42,120 bases of DNA from Clostridia bacterium (GTDB lineage: Bacteria; Bacillota; Clostridia; Christensenellales; UBA1242), in NCBI GenBank assembly GCA_045639255.1, contig JAZUCT010000042.1, forward strand, positions 1-42,120, given 5' to 3'. Under the pieces are notes generated by a model. It worked only from the letters and a program-made list of their open reading frames with translations. It had not been told where the DNA came from and did no database searches. This document shows, piece after piece, positions 19,445 to 27,856 of the stretch (position 1 is the first letter of the stretch; each line of letters begins with the position of its first letter). A program made the translations under genes and the position numbers.

Positions 19445-21869
19445 AGTTTTCTGTTTTTGGTTCTTCAATAATGTTTCCAAACACAAGATTTGGTTGTTGT
19501 GATTGAACATATGTTAATTGGTTAATTGAACCAACTGCTTTAATATCATATTCAACACTTTTTAAGAACTCTGTGTTTTCACTTGAAATTTCAAGTGATG
19601 AAATGAACACTTTTTGGCTTATTTTATTTGTTGACTTGAACTGACGAATGTTTGAAACAATTTCAACAACTTCATCGCCATTTTCAATAAGTTTTTTGTT
19701 TAATTCTGAACTGTCAAAATCATAGTAACCAGAAACATGAATTGATGGTTGTTGTTCGTGTTCAGCATAATATGCCATATAAATTTCTTCGGTTATATGT
19801 GGTAAGAACGGACTGAACATTTTAAGCATTGCTTTAAGAACTGTGTATGAAGCATATTTTGCACTATCGCATAAATCTTTGCCATAAATATCTGGATTAT
19901 AAAGTCTGCGTTTTACAATTTCAATATAGTTATCGCAGAAGTTCCAGAAAAATCTTTCAAGTTCGTTAAGTGCCAAACTCATATCGTAGCCATCAAGATG
20001 TTTTAAATAGTTCTTTTGAACTTGTTTGCATTTTTCAATTATCCACTTATCCATTGGGGCAAGTGTGATTTTTGTTGGCTTATAGTCTTGCAAAAATGAA
20101 AGCACAAATTTTGATGCATTCCAAATTTTGTTAACAAGTTTTTTTCCGCTATCGAAAGCATCGAAACTGAAAGCAGTATCTTTGCCAAGTGATAAACTTC
20201 CTGCCCAATATCTTGTTACATCGGCAGAATAAGTTTCCAAAATGTTTTGTGGTGAATTTTTATCGTTGCCTTTTGATTTTGCAAGTTTATCACCAGTTGC
20301 GCTGGTTACATAGCCTGAAATCATTAAATCTTTCCAAGGCAATTTGTTAAAGTGATATAAACTTTTAACAACTGTATAGAAATCCCAAACACGAATATTA
20401 TCGTGTGCATTTGGCCTTAAATTCATTGGAACCATTTCATCACTTAAACCTTTGTTTGTTACAAGGTTTAAACATATTTGTGGTGTTAATGAACTTGTTG
20501 CCCATGTATCCATAACATCAGTTTCGCCTTCAAATTCGGCGCAACCACAACTGCAAGCACGTTTTGGTTTGTGAACAAGTGGGTCAACTGGCAAATCTTC
20601 AATATCAGCAATCATTGGTTTGCCACAATTTTTACAGAACCAAACTGGGAATGGAACACCATAGAACCTTTGCCTTGAAATGCACCAATTCCATTGCAAG
20701 TTTTCAACCCAATTAAGATACCTTGCACGCATATTGCTTGGATTCCAATTAAGTTGCATACCTGCTTCGTATAGTTTTTCCTTATTTGATAAAACATCAA
20801 TAAACCATTGTTTTTTAACTGCAATTTCAATTGCTGTTCCGCATCTTTCGTGTGTTGAAACAGCATGAGTTATGCTTTCTTGTTTAATAAGAAAATTATT
20901 TTCTTTAAGTTTTTCAATAATCTGAGCCCTTGCATCTTTTATTTTAAGGCCTTCAAATTCGCCAGCAAGTGCTGTCATTCTTCCTGCATTGGTGAAACAT
21001 TCTTTTATTGGAAGATTATGTTTGCGTTGCCATTCTTTATCCACTGTGTCACCAAATGTGCAACACATAACAACACCAGAACCTTTGTTCATATCAACAA
21101 GTTCATCGGTTAAAACTTCAACTTCATAGCCAAAATAAGGAACAACAAGTTTTTTTGTTAACAAATGTTTGTTTTTTTCATCGTTAGGATTTATGAAAAC
21201 ACAACAAACACCCGCAAGCATTTCTGGCCTTGTTGTTGCAACTGTTACATAATCATCAGTTCCAGAAATATAGAATTTTAAATAGTTAAAAGTTGATTCA
21301 AGATCCTTGCTTTCAAGTTCGCTTTGAGCCACTGCGGTTCGGCATTCAGTGCACCAAAGTGCAGGGCTTTCTGCATGATAGATATAGCCTTTATTATATA
21401 AGTCAATGAATGATTGTTGGCTTATTTTTTGTGTTTCTGGTGCAATGCTTGAATAGTTATCTGTTAAATTGCAACTGAAACCAGCAGATTTATATAAAGC
21501 ATGAAATTCTTTTTCAAGTTCCCTTGTTATTTCAAGGCATTTATCAACAAATTCTGCCCTTGGAAGCATATATGCTGGTTTGCCAATTTTCTTTTCAACA
21601 TATCTTTCAGTTGGCAAGCCATTATCATCGAACCCAAGTGGAAAATAAACATTTTCGCCTTTCATTCTGTGGTGCCTTGCAACAACTTCAATGTGCATAT
21701 AACTTGATAGGTGCCCCATATGAATTTTTCCGTTAACAGTTGGTGGTGGTGTGTCGATTGAATAAACCTGCTTATTACTGTTTTTTTCGAACTTATAAAT
21801 GTTCTTTTCTTGCCAATAATCTTGCCACTTTTTTTCACTTTCTTTAAAGTTATATTTTCCGTCTAACAT
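19443..21869 (-). CDS. valS: Valine--tRNA ligase, archaeal-like type 2
   Basis: YSIDTPPPTVNGKIHMGH, GFDDNGLPTER, ATTRPE, WCISRQR, DVMDTWATSS, RPNAHDNIRVW, KLAKS; no C-terminal coiled coil. Start moved to ATG 21869 (or TTG 21875) because the promoter -10 overlaps 21911. Confidence 0.92.
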   Translation of the reverse strand: MLDGKYNFKESEKKWQDYWQEKNIYKFEKNSNKQVYSIDTPPPTVNGKIHMGHLSSYMHIEVVARHHRMKGENVYFPLGFDDNGLPTERYVEKKIGKPAYMLPRAEFVDKCLEITRELEKEFHALYKSAGFSCNLTDNYSSIAPETQKISQQSFIDLYNKGYIYHAESPALWCTECRTAVAQSELESKDLESTFNYLKFYISGTDDYVTVATTRPEMLAGVCCVFINPNDEKNKHLLTKKLVVPYFGYEVEVLTDELVDMNKGSGVVMCCTFGDTVDKEWQRKHNLPIKECFTNAGRMTALAGEFEGLKIKDARAQIIEKLKENNFLIKQESITHAVSTHERCGTAIEIAVKKQWFIDVLSNKEKLYEAGMQLNWNPSNMRARYLNWVENLQWNWCISRQRFYGVPFPVWFCKNCGKPMIADIEDLPVDPLVHKPKRACSCGCAEFEGETDVMDTWATSSLTPQICLNLVTNKGLSDEMVPMNLRPNAHDNIRVWDFYTVVKSLYHFNKLPWKDLMISGYVTSATGDKLAKSKGNDKNSPQNILETYSADVTRYWAGSLSLGKDTAFSFDAFDSGKKLVNKIWNASKFVLSFLQDYKPTKITLAPMDKWIIEKCKQVQKNYLKHLDGYDMSLALNELERFFWNFCDNYIEIVKRRLYNPDIYGKDLCDSAKYASYTVLKAMLKMFSPFLPHITEEIYMAYYAEHEQQPSIHVSGYYDFDSSELNKKLIENGDEVVEIVSNIRQFKSTNKISQKVFISSLEISSENTEFLKSVEYDIKAVGSINQLTYVQSQQPNLVFGNIIEEPKTEN

Positions 21870-21910
21870 AATCAATAAAATTTCCTTTGTTATTAAATAA
21901 TTCGCTAACA

Positions 21911-21939
21911 ATTATATAACATTCCATAAAAAAAAGCAA
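21911..21939 (-). promoter_or_regulatory. SigA promoter of valS (short leader)
   Basis: TTGCTT-17 nt-TATAAT. Confidence 0.7.
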
Positions 21940-22037
21940 TGTTTTGAGTTATTGATTTGAAAATTATGAATAAAAAAAAGTTAATTGTTAAAACTATTAA
22001 CATAAACACAACTTGTGTTAAAAATAAGGAGGGAAAA

Positions 22038-22631
22038 ATGCAAGAAAACAAACCAAGAAAAAGAAATAATGCCTCGTTAATTGCCATTATTACTTTAAGC
22101 ATTTTGCTTGTTGGAACTTTGGCAATTGGTGTTACTGGTGCATTCTTTGGTGCAACCAATAATGCCGGTGGTGATATCACATTGGGTGACCCTGTTAACA
22201 TTAACATCACTCAGGGTGGAGCAAGTGCAACTGCATTAACTTTTGCTGGAACTGCAATGCCTGGAACTGTTTACGATCAAACTATTGGTGTTACAACACC
22301 TACAAACACTTCTGATTGCGTTGTTAGGGCAAAAATCACAATCACCAATAACGATGGTGCATCGACCAATGTTACCGCAGAAGTTAACGCAACAGATTGG
22401 CAAACAGGTGATGATGATTATTATTACTATAAAGGCACAATGAGTTCTGGCGATAGCGTTGGTTTTGTTAATTCAGTAACTATTCCAAAAACATTAACAA
22501 ATCTTGATGCAAACAAAACTTACACAATCACTGTTGTTGTTGAAGCAATTCAATATGCTAACGGTGCTGCAAGTGAAACTTGGACAACTGCACCAGAAGA
22601 TTGGGTTAATAGTTATGGTGTAGGTGCATAA
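22038..22631 (+). CDS. TasA/BsaA-like protein with SipW-type signal peptide
   Basis: SD AAGGAGG then ATG 22038; MQENKPRKR + hydrophobic core + GVTGAFF; ITLG, AMPG, VVRAKI, DYYYYKG, VVVEAIQ. Confidence 0.7.
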   Translation: MQENKPRKRNNASLIAIITLSILLVGTLAIGVTGAFFGATNNAGGDITLGDPVNINITQGGASATALTFAGTAMPGTVYDQTIGVTTPTNTSDCVVRAKITITNNDGASTNVTAEVNATDWQTGDDDYYYYKGTMSSGDSVGFVNSVTIPKTLTNLDANKTYTITVVVEAIQYANGAASETWTTAPEDWVNSYGVGA

Positions 22632-22638
22632 CTAAGTT

Positions 22639-22665
22639 AAAAAAGCGTGAAATCACGCTTTTTTT
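22639..22665. terminator. Bidirectional intrinsic terminator
   Basis: aaaaaagcgtga-aa-tcacgcttttttt. Confidence 0.85.
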
Positions 22666-22699
22666 ATTAAAATAACAAGTTTTTTAAGAATTTTTTTCG

Positions 22700-23980
22700 T
22701 TAAAGCACTTTGTTAATATTAAACATACTTTTTAAAACTAAATATCCAACATTCCAAAAATTATTAATTGTCCAATAACTTACACCGCCAAGATTAAATT
22801 CATTCACCAGTGACAGTTTTGCCTGTATGCTTCTTGCATTTTCAAACCACACAATATGTCGGTTTCCGTTGTTATCTGTATAATTAAAATATGGTGTTTG
22901 AGATTTTTCATCGAACATTATCTGACTTCCCTTTTCAATTGCAAGGTTAAGTGCACCATTTATTGTTAAAGTTGTTGCAACCGAGCCTTGAACAAATGGT
23001 AATGTCCAATCGTAAGCATAATTTGGCATTCCCATTAAAATTTTTTCTGGTGGAATAACTGTTACTGCATATTCAATAACCCTTCTTACTTCGCTATATG
23101 GTGAAACTGCCATAGGTGGACCATAAATATAACCCCATTCGTAAGTCATAATTATAACCCTATCAACAATTGCACCTATTGCCTGATAATCGTGCGCTTC
23201 ATACAGCAACCCTTGTTGGTTTGAAGAATATTTTGGGGCAACTGCAACACTTAAACTGAACCCATATGGCGATAGTTGATTTTTAAGGTTTTGCAAAAAA
23301 TTAACATAGTTTTGCTTATCGGCTGGATAGATATATTCAAAATCAATATCAACCCCATAATAATTTTTTGCTTGCAAGGTAACAATTATGTTATTAATTA
23401 ATGTTTGTTGAACTTCCATATCGGTTAAAATTATATGTGCAAGTTCAGAATCGAATCCACCACTCATTCCAATATTGGTTACAACCATAAGTGGTGCAAC
23501 ATTATTTCTGCGTGCTGTGTTAATTAAATTTTGTTCATAAAGAATGAACAAACTGCCATCTTCTTTTGCCTGATAACTGAAAATTGAAAGATATGTTAAA
23601 TATGGCAATGCTTTGGTTAAATTTTGTGTTGAAATGTTTGCAACCGCATAGCCATTAACATCAATGCTTCGCTTATTGCTTTCAATGGTTGGTATGTTTA
23701 AAATATCACCAATCATAAGTCTGTTTGGATTTGCAATTTGCGGATTGGCATTTATTAAATCCTGCAAATCCACACCATAAAAATTTGCAATTTTCCACAT
23801 GGTTTCACCTTTTGTAACTGTGTGTGGAATTGTTGCAATATCCACAACAATATCTTGCCCAACAACAAGGCTGTCGGGTTTATCAAGTTGATTATCTGTA
23901 ACAAGTTTTTCAATTGTTACACCATAGCGATTTGCGATTTTATAGAGTGTGTCGCCACCTTGAACAACATGAATTATCAA
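22700..23980 (-). CDS. Spore cortex-fragment hydrolase SleL/YaaH-like (2x LysM + GH18)
   Basis: Two LysM repeats; YYGVDIDFEY (DxDxE intact); AHDY, MTYEWG, KILMGMPNYAYDW, VWFENARS, GVSYW; TTG start after GGGGGG SD. Confidence 0.9.
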   Translation of the reverse strand: MIIHVVQGGDTLYKIANRYGVTIEKLVTDNQLDKPDSLVVGQDIVVDIATIPHTVTKGETMWKIANFYGVDLQDLINANPQIANPNRLMIGDILNIPTIESNKRSIDVNGYAVANISTQNLTKALPYLTYLSIFSYQAKEDGSLFILYEQNLINTARRNNVAPLMVVTNIGMSGGFDSELAHIILTDMEVQQTLINNIIVTLQAKNYYGVDIDFEYIYPADKQNYVNFLQNLKNQLSPYGFSLSVAVAPKYSSNQQGLLYEAHDYQAIGAIVDRVIIMTYEWGYIYGPPMAVSPYSEVRRVIEYAVTVIPPEKILMGMPNYAYDWTLPFVQGSVATTLTINGALNLAIEKGSQIMFDEKSQTPYFNYTDNNGNRHIVWFENARSIQAKLSLVNEFNLGGVSYWTINNFWNVGYLVLKSMFNINKVL

Positions 23981-24077
23981 AATTATTTCCCCCCTTTTAT
24001 CAATATTTTGTATGATATTTGCAACTTTTTGGTTAAAATTTTTATATATTTAAATTTAAACAAAAATATAATTTTGT

Positions 24078-24106
24078 TTTACAAAACACAAAAAATAGTG
24101 TATGAT
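24078..24106 (+). promoter_or_regulatory. SigA-type promoter with extended -10
   Basis: TTTACA-17 nt (ending TGG-like gtg)-TATGAT; SD GGGAGG at 24115-24120. Confidence 0.55.
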
Positions 24107-24129
24107 GTTTTTAAGGGAGGCATTATAAA

Positions 24130-24780
24130 TTGGAAAATTATGAACAATTACATGGTCAAACAATTGCTGAACAAAACAAGCAACTGATTGATTCAATAAG
24201 AAAAAAAGCAAATAAACCTCCTGCAAACAACACTTGGTTAACTGTTCTTTGGGTTATTGCTATGGTTGTGTTAATTGCTGGTGCAATAATTGGTATCTGG
24301 CTTGCAACAAGGCCAATTAAAACTAATAATAATGATAACTTAATTATTTCTGTAAATGGACATGAATCAAATGAACAAGAATTGCAAAATTTAAAATTCC
24401 CTATGGATACGGTTGATTATCAATTATCTGTTTGCAATAATAAACAAAGTGATGTTAATGTATATTTCAGATTTTCTGCCTTAACTTTTGTTGAAGGTGT
24501 TTTGGAAAATAATATATTGGAATTTGTTCCGCCAACATCAAATATTAATAATTTCTTCTATGATGAAGAACAAGATACTTGGTATTACTTAGGATATTTG
24601 GAAGTTAACGAACAAGTTAAAATTTGTTCAAAAGTTAAACTAAAAGGCAATGAAACTTCAAACCTATATGCAGGCAAAAGCGTTGGTTTTAGTTTAATTA
24701 TTGAAGCTGTTCAAGCAAGTGCTGATTATGTTTGGCTTAATTCATCAGAAGAATGGCTTACTTTGATGGGAATTAAATAA
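24130..24780 (+). CDS. Membrane-anchored TasA/BsaA-like protein (distant paralog of 22038..22631)
   Basis: Cytoplasmic N-tail, single TM helix; KFPMD, VYFRF, DTWYYLGYL, NLYAGKS, LIIEAVQA, EEW match the co-linear motifs of 22038..22631. Confidence 0.6.
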   Translation: MENYEQLHGQTIAEQNKQLIDSIRKKANKPPANNTWLTVLWVIAMVVLIAGAIIGIWLATRPIKTNNNDNLIISVNGHESNEQELQNLKFPMDTVDYQLSVCNNKQSDVNVYFRFSALTFVEGVLENNILEFVPPTSNINNFFYDEEQDTWYYLGYLEVNEQVKICSKVKLKGNETSNLYAGKSVGFSLIIEAVQASADYVWLNSSEEWLTLMGIK

Positions 24781-24798
24781 AATTAAATAAAATAAAAT

Positions 24799-24829
24799 AA
24801 AAAAATGCGAATTTAAATTCGCATTTTTT
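24799..24829. terminator. Bidirectional terminator ending the rpmH-jag operon
   Basis: aaaaaaatgcgaatt-t-aaattcgcatttttt. Confidence 0.85.
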
Positions 24830-24831
24830 GT

Positions 24832-25581
24832 TTATCTTGGTTTTAAATCAATAACTAAATGTCTGTTAGGTTCTTTGCCTTCTGAATAAGTTATGCAATA
24901 TTTATCGCTTTGAAGAACACTGTGAATTATTCTTCTTTCATAACTGTTCATAGGTTCAAGTGCAATTTTCTTTTTGGTTTTTGCAACTTTATGTGCTGTT
25001 CTTATTGCAAGTTGCCTTAAAATTTCATCGCGTTTGCTTCTGTAATTTTCAATATCAATTATGATTTTGCGGTTATCTTTGCTTACAGCATCTAGTGCAG
25101 CATTGCACAAAATTTGAATTGCTTTTAGGTTTTCACCTCTGTGCCCTATAAGTTTTGCGCCATCATTTTCGCTTCGAACAGAAATGTTAATTCTTTCTTC
25201 GTCGGCACTTACAATAAATTTTGCTTCCATTTGCATTTGTTTAAAAAGTTGCCTTAAAAAGTTATCCAAAATTTCTGGTGCATTTTCATCAACCACATAA
25301 ACTTTTTCTTCTTTAACTTCTGGTTCACTAACTTCTGCTTCTGGGTTAACAACTTTACCTTTTGGTTGCAAAACAACTTCTTCCAAATTTTCAGTTTGTT
25401 CATCGGCTTGTTGTGTTTCTGCTTTATTTTCAATAACTGTTAAACGAACTTTATATGGAGAGAATAAACCACCCATATTAAGAATTGTTACATTAACTTC
25501 TTCTTCTGTTTTGTTAAGTTCTTTTAATCCGTTTTGAATTGCTTGATTTAAACTTTTTCCTGTTGCTTCTATACTTTGCAT
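24832..25581 (-). CDS. jag: RNA-binding protein Jag/KhpB/EloR (Jag-N, KH, R3H)
   Basis: IEATGKS..AI..GL, LIGHRGENL (KH), LEPMNSYERRIIH (R3H), SEGKEPNRH. Confidence 0.93.
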   Translation of the reverse strand: MQSIEATGKSLNQAIQNGLKELNKTEEEVNVTILNMGGLFSPYKVRLTVIENKAETQQADEQTENLEEVVLQPKGKVVNPEAEVSEPEVKEEKVYVVDENAPEILDNFLRQLFKQMQMEAKFIVSADEERINISVRSENDGAKLIGHRGENLKAIQILCNAALDAVSKDNRKIIIDIENYRSKRDEILRQLAIRTAHKVAKTKKKIALEPMNSYERRIIHSVLQSDKYCITYSEGKEPNRHLVIDLKPR

Positions 25582-25591
25582 TTTTCTTCCC

Positions 25592-26641
25592 TTACCTTTT
25601 ATAACTTAAAGTTTCTGCTTCTTTGTTTTGTTTGCGCTTTTCAATTGCTTTAAAAATTGCATTGCAAGCAATTGATGTAAGCATTCCAACAATGCTGTTC
25701 ACAATAATATAAAGAGCAAATGCTGAACTTGAACTCCATGTGAACCACACCATAATAAGTGGCATAATTATGCTCATAACCTTATTGGTTGATTGAGTTG
25801 GATCTGGTTCATTGTTTGAATTTTTATTTTGTTCTTGTTTAGGTGCGTTCATTTTTGTTAGAACCTTTTGGCTAACAAAAGTTATAACTCCTGCCAACAC
25901 AACTAAAATAAAATAACCATTCCATCTGTCATATTTTTGCCTTAATGAAACTGTAACAAGTTCATATTGTGCTTTAAATTCTTCTTTTGTTTCGCCTTCT
26001 GCAAGATATTTAACTTTATATTGGCTTGCAATTTTATCGAATTCTTTAAAACTTAAAACTGGGCTTGCATATGTGTCTGGTTGCCAAATATTTTCAATCC
26101 ATAAGAAACTATCTTTAATTTCGTTATACTTATCGTTCACTGCTTGTTGAGCAAGTTGAATTTTATCTTCGTCAGATAAAGTTGAATTGTTTTCAATTGT
26201 TTGAACATATGCTGAATTTAATTCTTGATATTGCCAAACAATTTTTGTTGCAGAAATTTTTCCAAGTGCGTTCCATAATGTCATAAAAATAACAATGGTA
26301 AGCACAAAAGTTACCAACATTCCAAGACAAGAACCACCAAGTGAAAAATTTTCCTTTTTATAAAGTTCCATTAATTTTTGATTATATAAATCTTTGTTGT
26401 TACCATATCTTTTTTGAAGTTCTGCCATTTGTGGTTGCAATTTTGCATTCATTGTGGCATTTTTATGTGCTGTTCTTTTTTGAAACAAGTCAAGCGGGAA
26501 AAGCACAAGTTTTAAAACAATTGTGAAAATTATTATTGTTAGTGCATAGTTTTTAAATAAAACATAGAACCAACCAATTAATGTTTCCCACATTCCACCT
26601 TGTGGCCAAGATGAAATAAGTAAGTTTGCTATATTAACCAT
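25592..26641 (-). CDS. yidC: Membrane protein insertase YidC
   Basis: NYALTIIIFTIVLKLVLFPL, LQPQMAELQKRY, ELYKKE...GSCL, FLWIENIWQPD, ALYII; synteny. Confidence 0.9.
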   Translation of the reverse strand: MVNIANLLISSWPQGGMWETLIGWFYVLFKNYALTIIIFTIVLKLVLFPLDLFQKRTAHKNATMNAKLQPQMAELQKRYGNNKDLYNQKLMELYKKENFSLGGSCLGMLVTFVLTIVIFMTLWNALGKISATKIVWQYQELNSAYVQTIENNSTLSDEDKIQLAQQAVNDKYNEIKDSFLWIENIWQPDTYASPVLSFKEFDKIASQYKVKYLAEGETKEEFKAQYELVTVSLRQKYDRWNGYFILVVLAGVITFVSQKVLTKMNAPKQEQNKNSNNEPDPTQSTNKVMSIIMPLIMVWFTWSSSSAFALYIIVNSIVGMLTSIACNAIFKAIEKRKQNKEAETLSYKR

Positions 26642-26919
26642 TTATAATCCCCTTTAATGTTATCTGGAATTGGGTCGTAGCCCCAACATTTTGAAAAACT
26701 GTTGCATTTTAACAAGCGTTTTAACCCAATAACTGCTCCTTTAATAATACCAAATTCTTTAATTGCTTGCAACATATATGTTGAACAAGTTGGATAAAAT
26801 TTGCAAGTTTTTGGAAGAATTGGTGAAATAATTAACTTATAAAAATATATAAGAAAAATTGCCAAAATAAAAACAGGCATTAGAATAAGATTAACAAAAT
26901 TAATTTTTTTCTTCTTCAT
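26629..26919 (-). CDS. yidD: Membrane protein insertion efficiency factor YidD
   Basis: YKLIISP, CKFYPTCSTY, RLLKC, GYDPIP. Confidence 0.92.
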   Translation of the reverse strand: MKKKKINFVNLILMPVFILAIFLIYFYKLIISPILPKTCKFYPTCSTYMLQAIKEFGIIKGAVIGLKRLLKCNSFSKCWGYDPIPDNIKGDYKWLI

Positions 26920-27259
26920 TTTTTAAAATTAAACCTGCTTTATTAAGGCAATATATAATTGATTTTTGAATTTCAGCAAATTCACAGTTTTCAATTCCGT
27001 TCCTTGCAACAATAATATAGTTAAAGTTGCCATCAATTTTTGAAACCAATTGGCGCATTGCTTCACGCAACTTTCGTTTAACATTATTGCGAGTTACTGC
27101 ATTGCCAATTTTTGCACTTACAGAAAAACCAATTTTTGCAGGTTTCTTATAACCTTTACAATAAATTATGCTTAAAATTTTGCAAACGGAAAATGTGCCG
27201 TGTTTATATATATAACTGAATTCTTTTCTTTTTTTTAACCTATTTTGTTTTGCTAACAT
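26900..27259 (-). CDS. rnpA: Ribonuclease P protein component
   Basis: RLKKRKEF, IGFSVSAKIGNAVTRNNVKRKLRE; true start ATG 27259 after SD AAGGTGG. Confidence 0.93.
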   Translation of the reverse strand: MLAKQNRLKKRKEFSYIYKHGTFSVCKILSIIYCKGYKKPAKIGFSVSAKIGNAVTRNNVKRKLREAMRQLVSKIDGNFNYIIVARNGIENCEFAEIQKSIIYCLNKAGLILKNEEEKN

Positions 27260-27294
27260 TAATCCACCTTGAAAAATGTTTTTAGCGCACAAAG

Positions 27295-27429
27295 CTAAGC
27301 AGCAAGCACTTTTCTGCCTCTGTTTCTTCTGCGTTTAAGAACATTTCTGCCACTTTTAGTGCTCATTCTTTTTCTAAAACCGTGAACTTTTTGTCTTTGA
27401 CGTTTGTTAGGTTGATAAGTTCTTTTCAT
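27295..27429 (-). CDS. rpmH: 50S ribosomal protein L34 (absent from ORF track)
   Basis: Translated by hand: [44 protein letters not shown]; SD GGGGAG. Confidence 0.97.
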   Translation of the reverse strand: MKRTYQPNKRQRQKVHGFRKRMSTKSGRNVLKRRRNRGRKVLAA

Positions 27430-27488
27430 TATTAAGCTCCCCTTTTGTTTAGTTAAGTTAAACATTATTTAAAAATTAATGCTAGGTT

Positions 27489-27517
27489 ATTATATATTAA
27501 TCAACCAGATTTGTCAA
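27489..27517 (-). promoter_or_regulatory. Consensus SigA promoter of the rpmH operon
   Basis: TTGACA-17 nt-TATAAT, perfect match. Confidence 0.85.
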
Positions 27518-27530
27518 CCTTTTTCAAATC

Positions 27531-27553
27531 AAAAAGCAAGCCCCTGCTTGCTT
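27531..27553 (-). terminator. Intrinsic terminator after yhbY
   Basis: Minus strand aagcaagc-agg-ggcttgcttttt. Confidence 0.7.
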
Positions 27554-27842
27554 ATAAAATATGGTTAATATTTTTCTTGTTTGATTGCTTATAAACAACC
27601 ACTTTGCTTCCAATTGCTTGAACTGGTTCGCAGTTAAGTTTTTCACAAATAATTGCAATTGCTTCTTTTGCATTATAGTCGCAATTTTTTAAAATGTTAA
27701 TTTTTAAAATTTCTTTATTAAAAAGAATTTCTTCAATTTGTGAAAGAACATTGTCGGTTAATCCATCTTTTCCAATTTGCATAAGTGGACTAAGATTTAC
27801 TGCAATTCCTTTAAGGATTGCCCTTTCTTTTGTTGTTATCAT
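27552..27842 (-). CDS. yhbY: CRM-domain ribosome assembly RNA-binding protein
   Basis: T.KERA.LK, QIGKDGL, EILKINILKN, VQAIG. Confidence 0.9.
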   Translation of the reverse strand: MITTKERAILKGIAVNLSPLMQIGKDGLTDNVLSQIEEILFNKEILKINILKNCDYNAKEAIAIICEKLNCEPVQAIGSKVVVYKQSNKKNINHIL

Positions 27843-27856
27843 TTTAAATTTCCCCT

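Noticed and set aside
21870-22037. ORF-track starts at 21911 (valS) and 21957 (TasA-like); similarly 27292 (rnpA), 15400 and 122
   Set aside because: Promoter and SD positions or open upstream frames favour 21869, 22038, 27259, 15394 and a start before the window.
21905-22210. 101-aa minus-strand ORF, and the other short ORFs nested in or antisense to long genes
   Set aside because: Shadow frames of well-supported genes, with no SD or recognisable motifs.
24771-24805. aattaaataa / aaata short tandem repeat
   Set aside because: Only 2-3 AT-rich units next to a terminator A-tract; no spacers, so not CRISPR and no evident function.
27430-27551. oriC / DnaA-box cluster expected upstream of rpmH
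   Set aside because: No TTATNCACA match here; near-matches elsewhere (e.g. ~4765, 13431, 21038, 30010) are isolated and inside genes.
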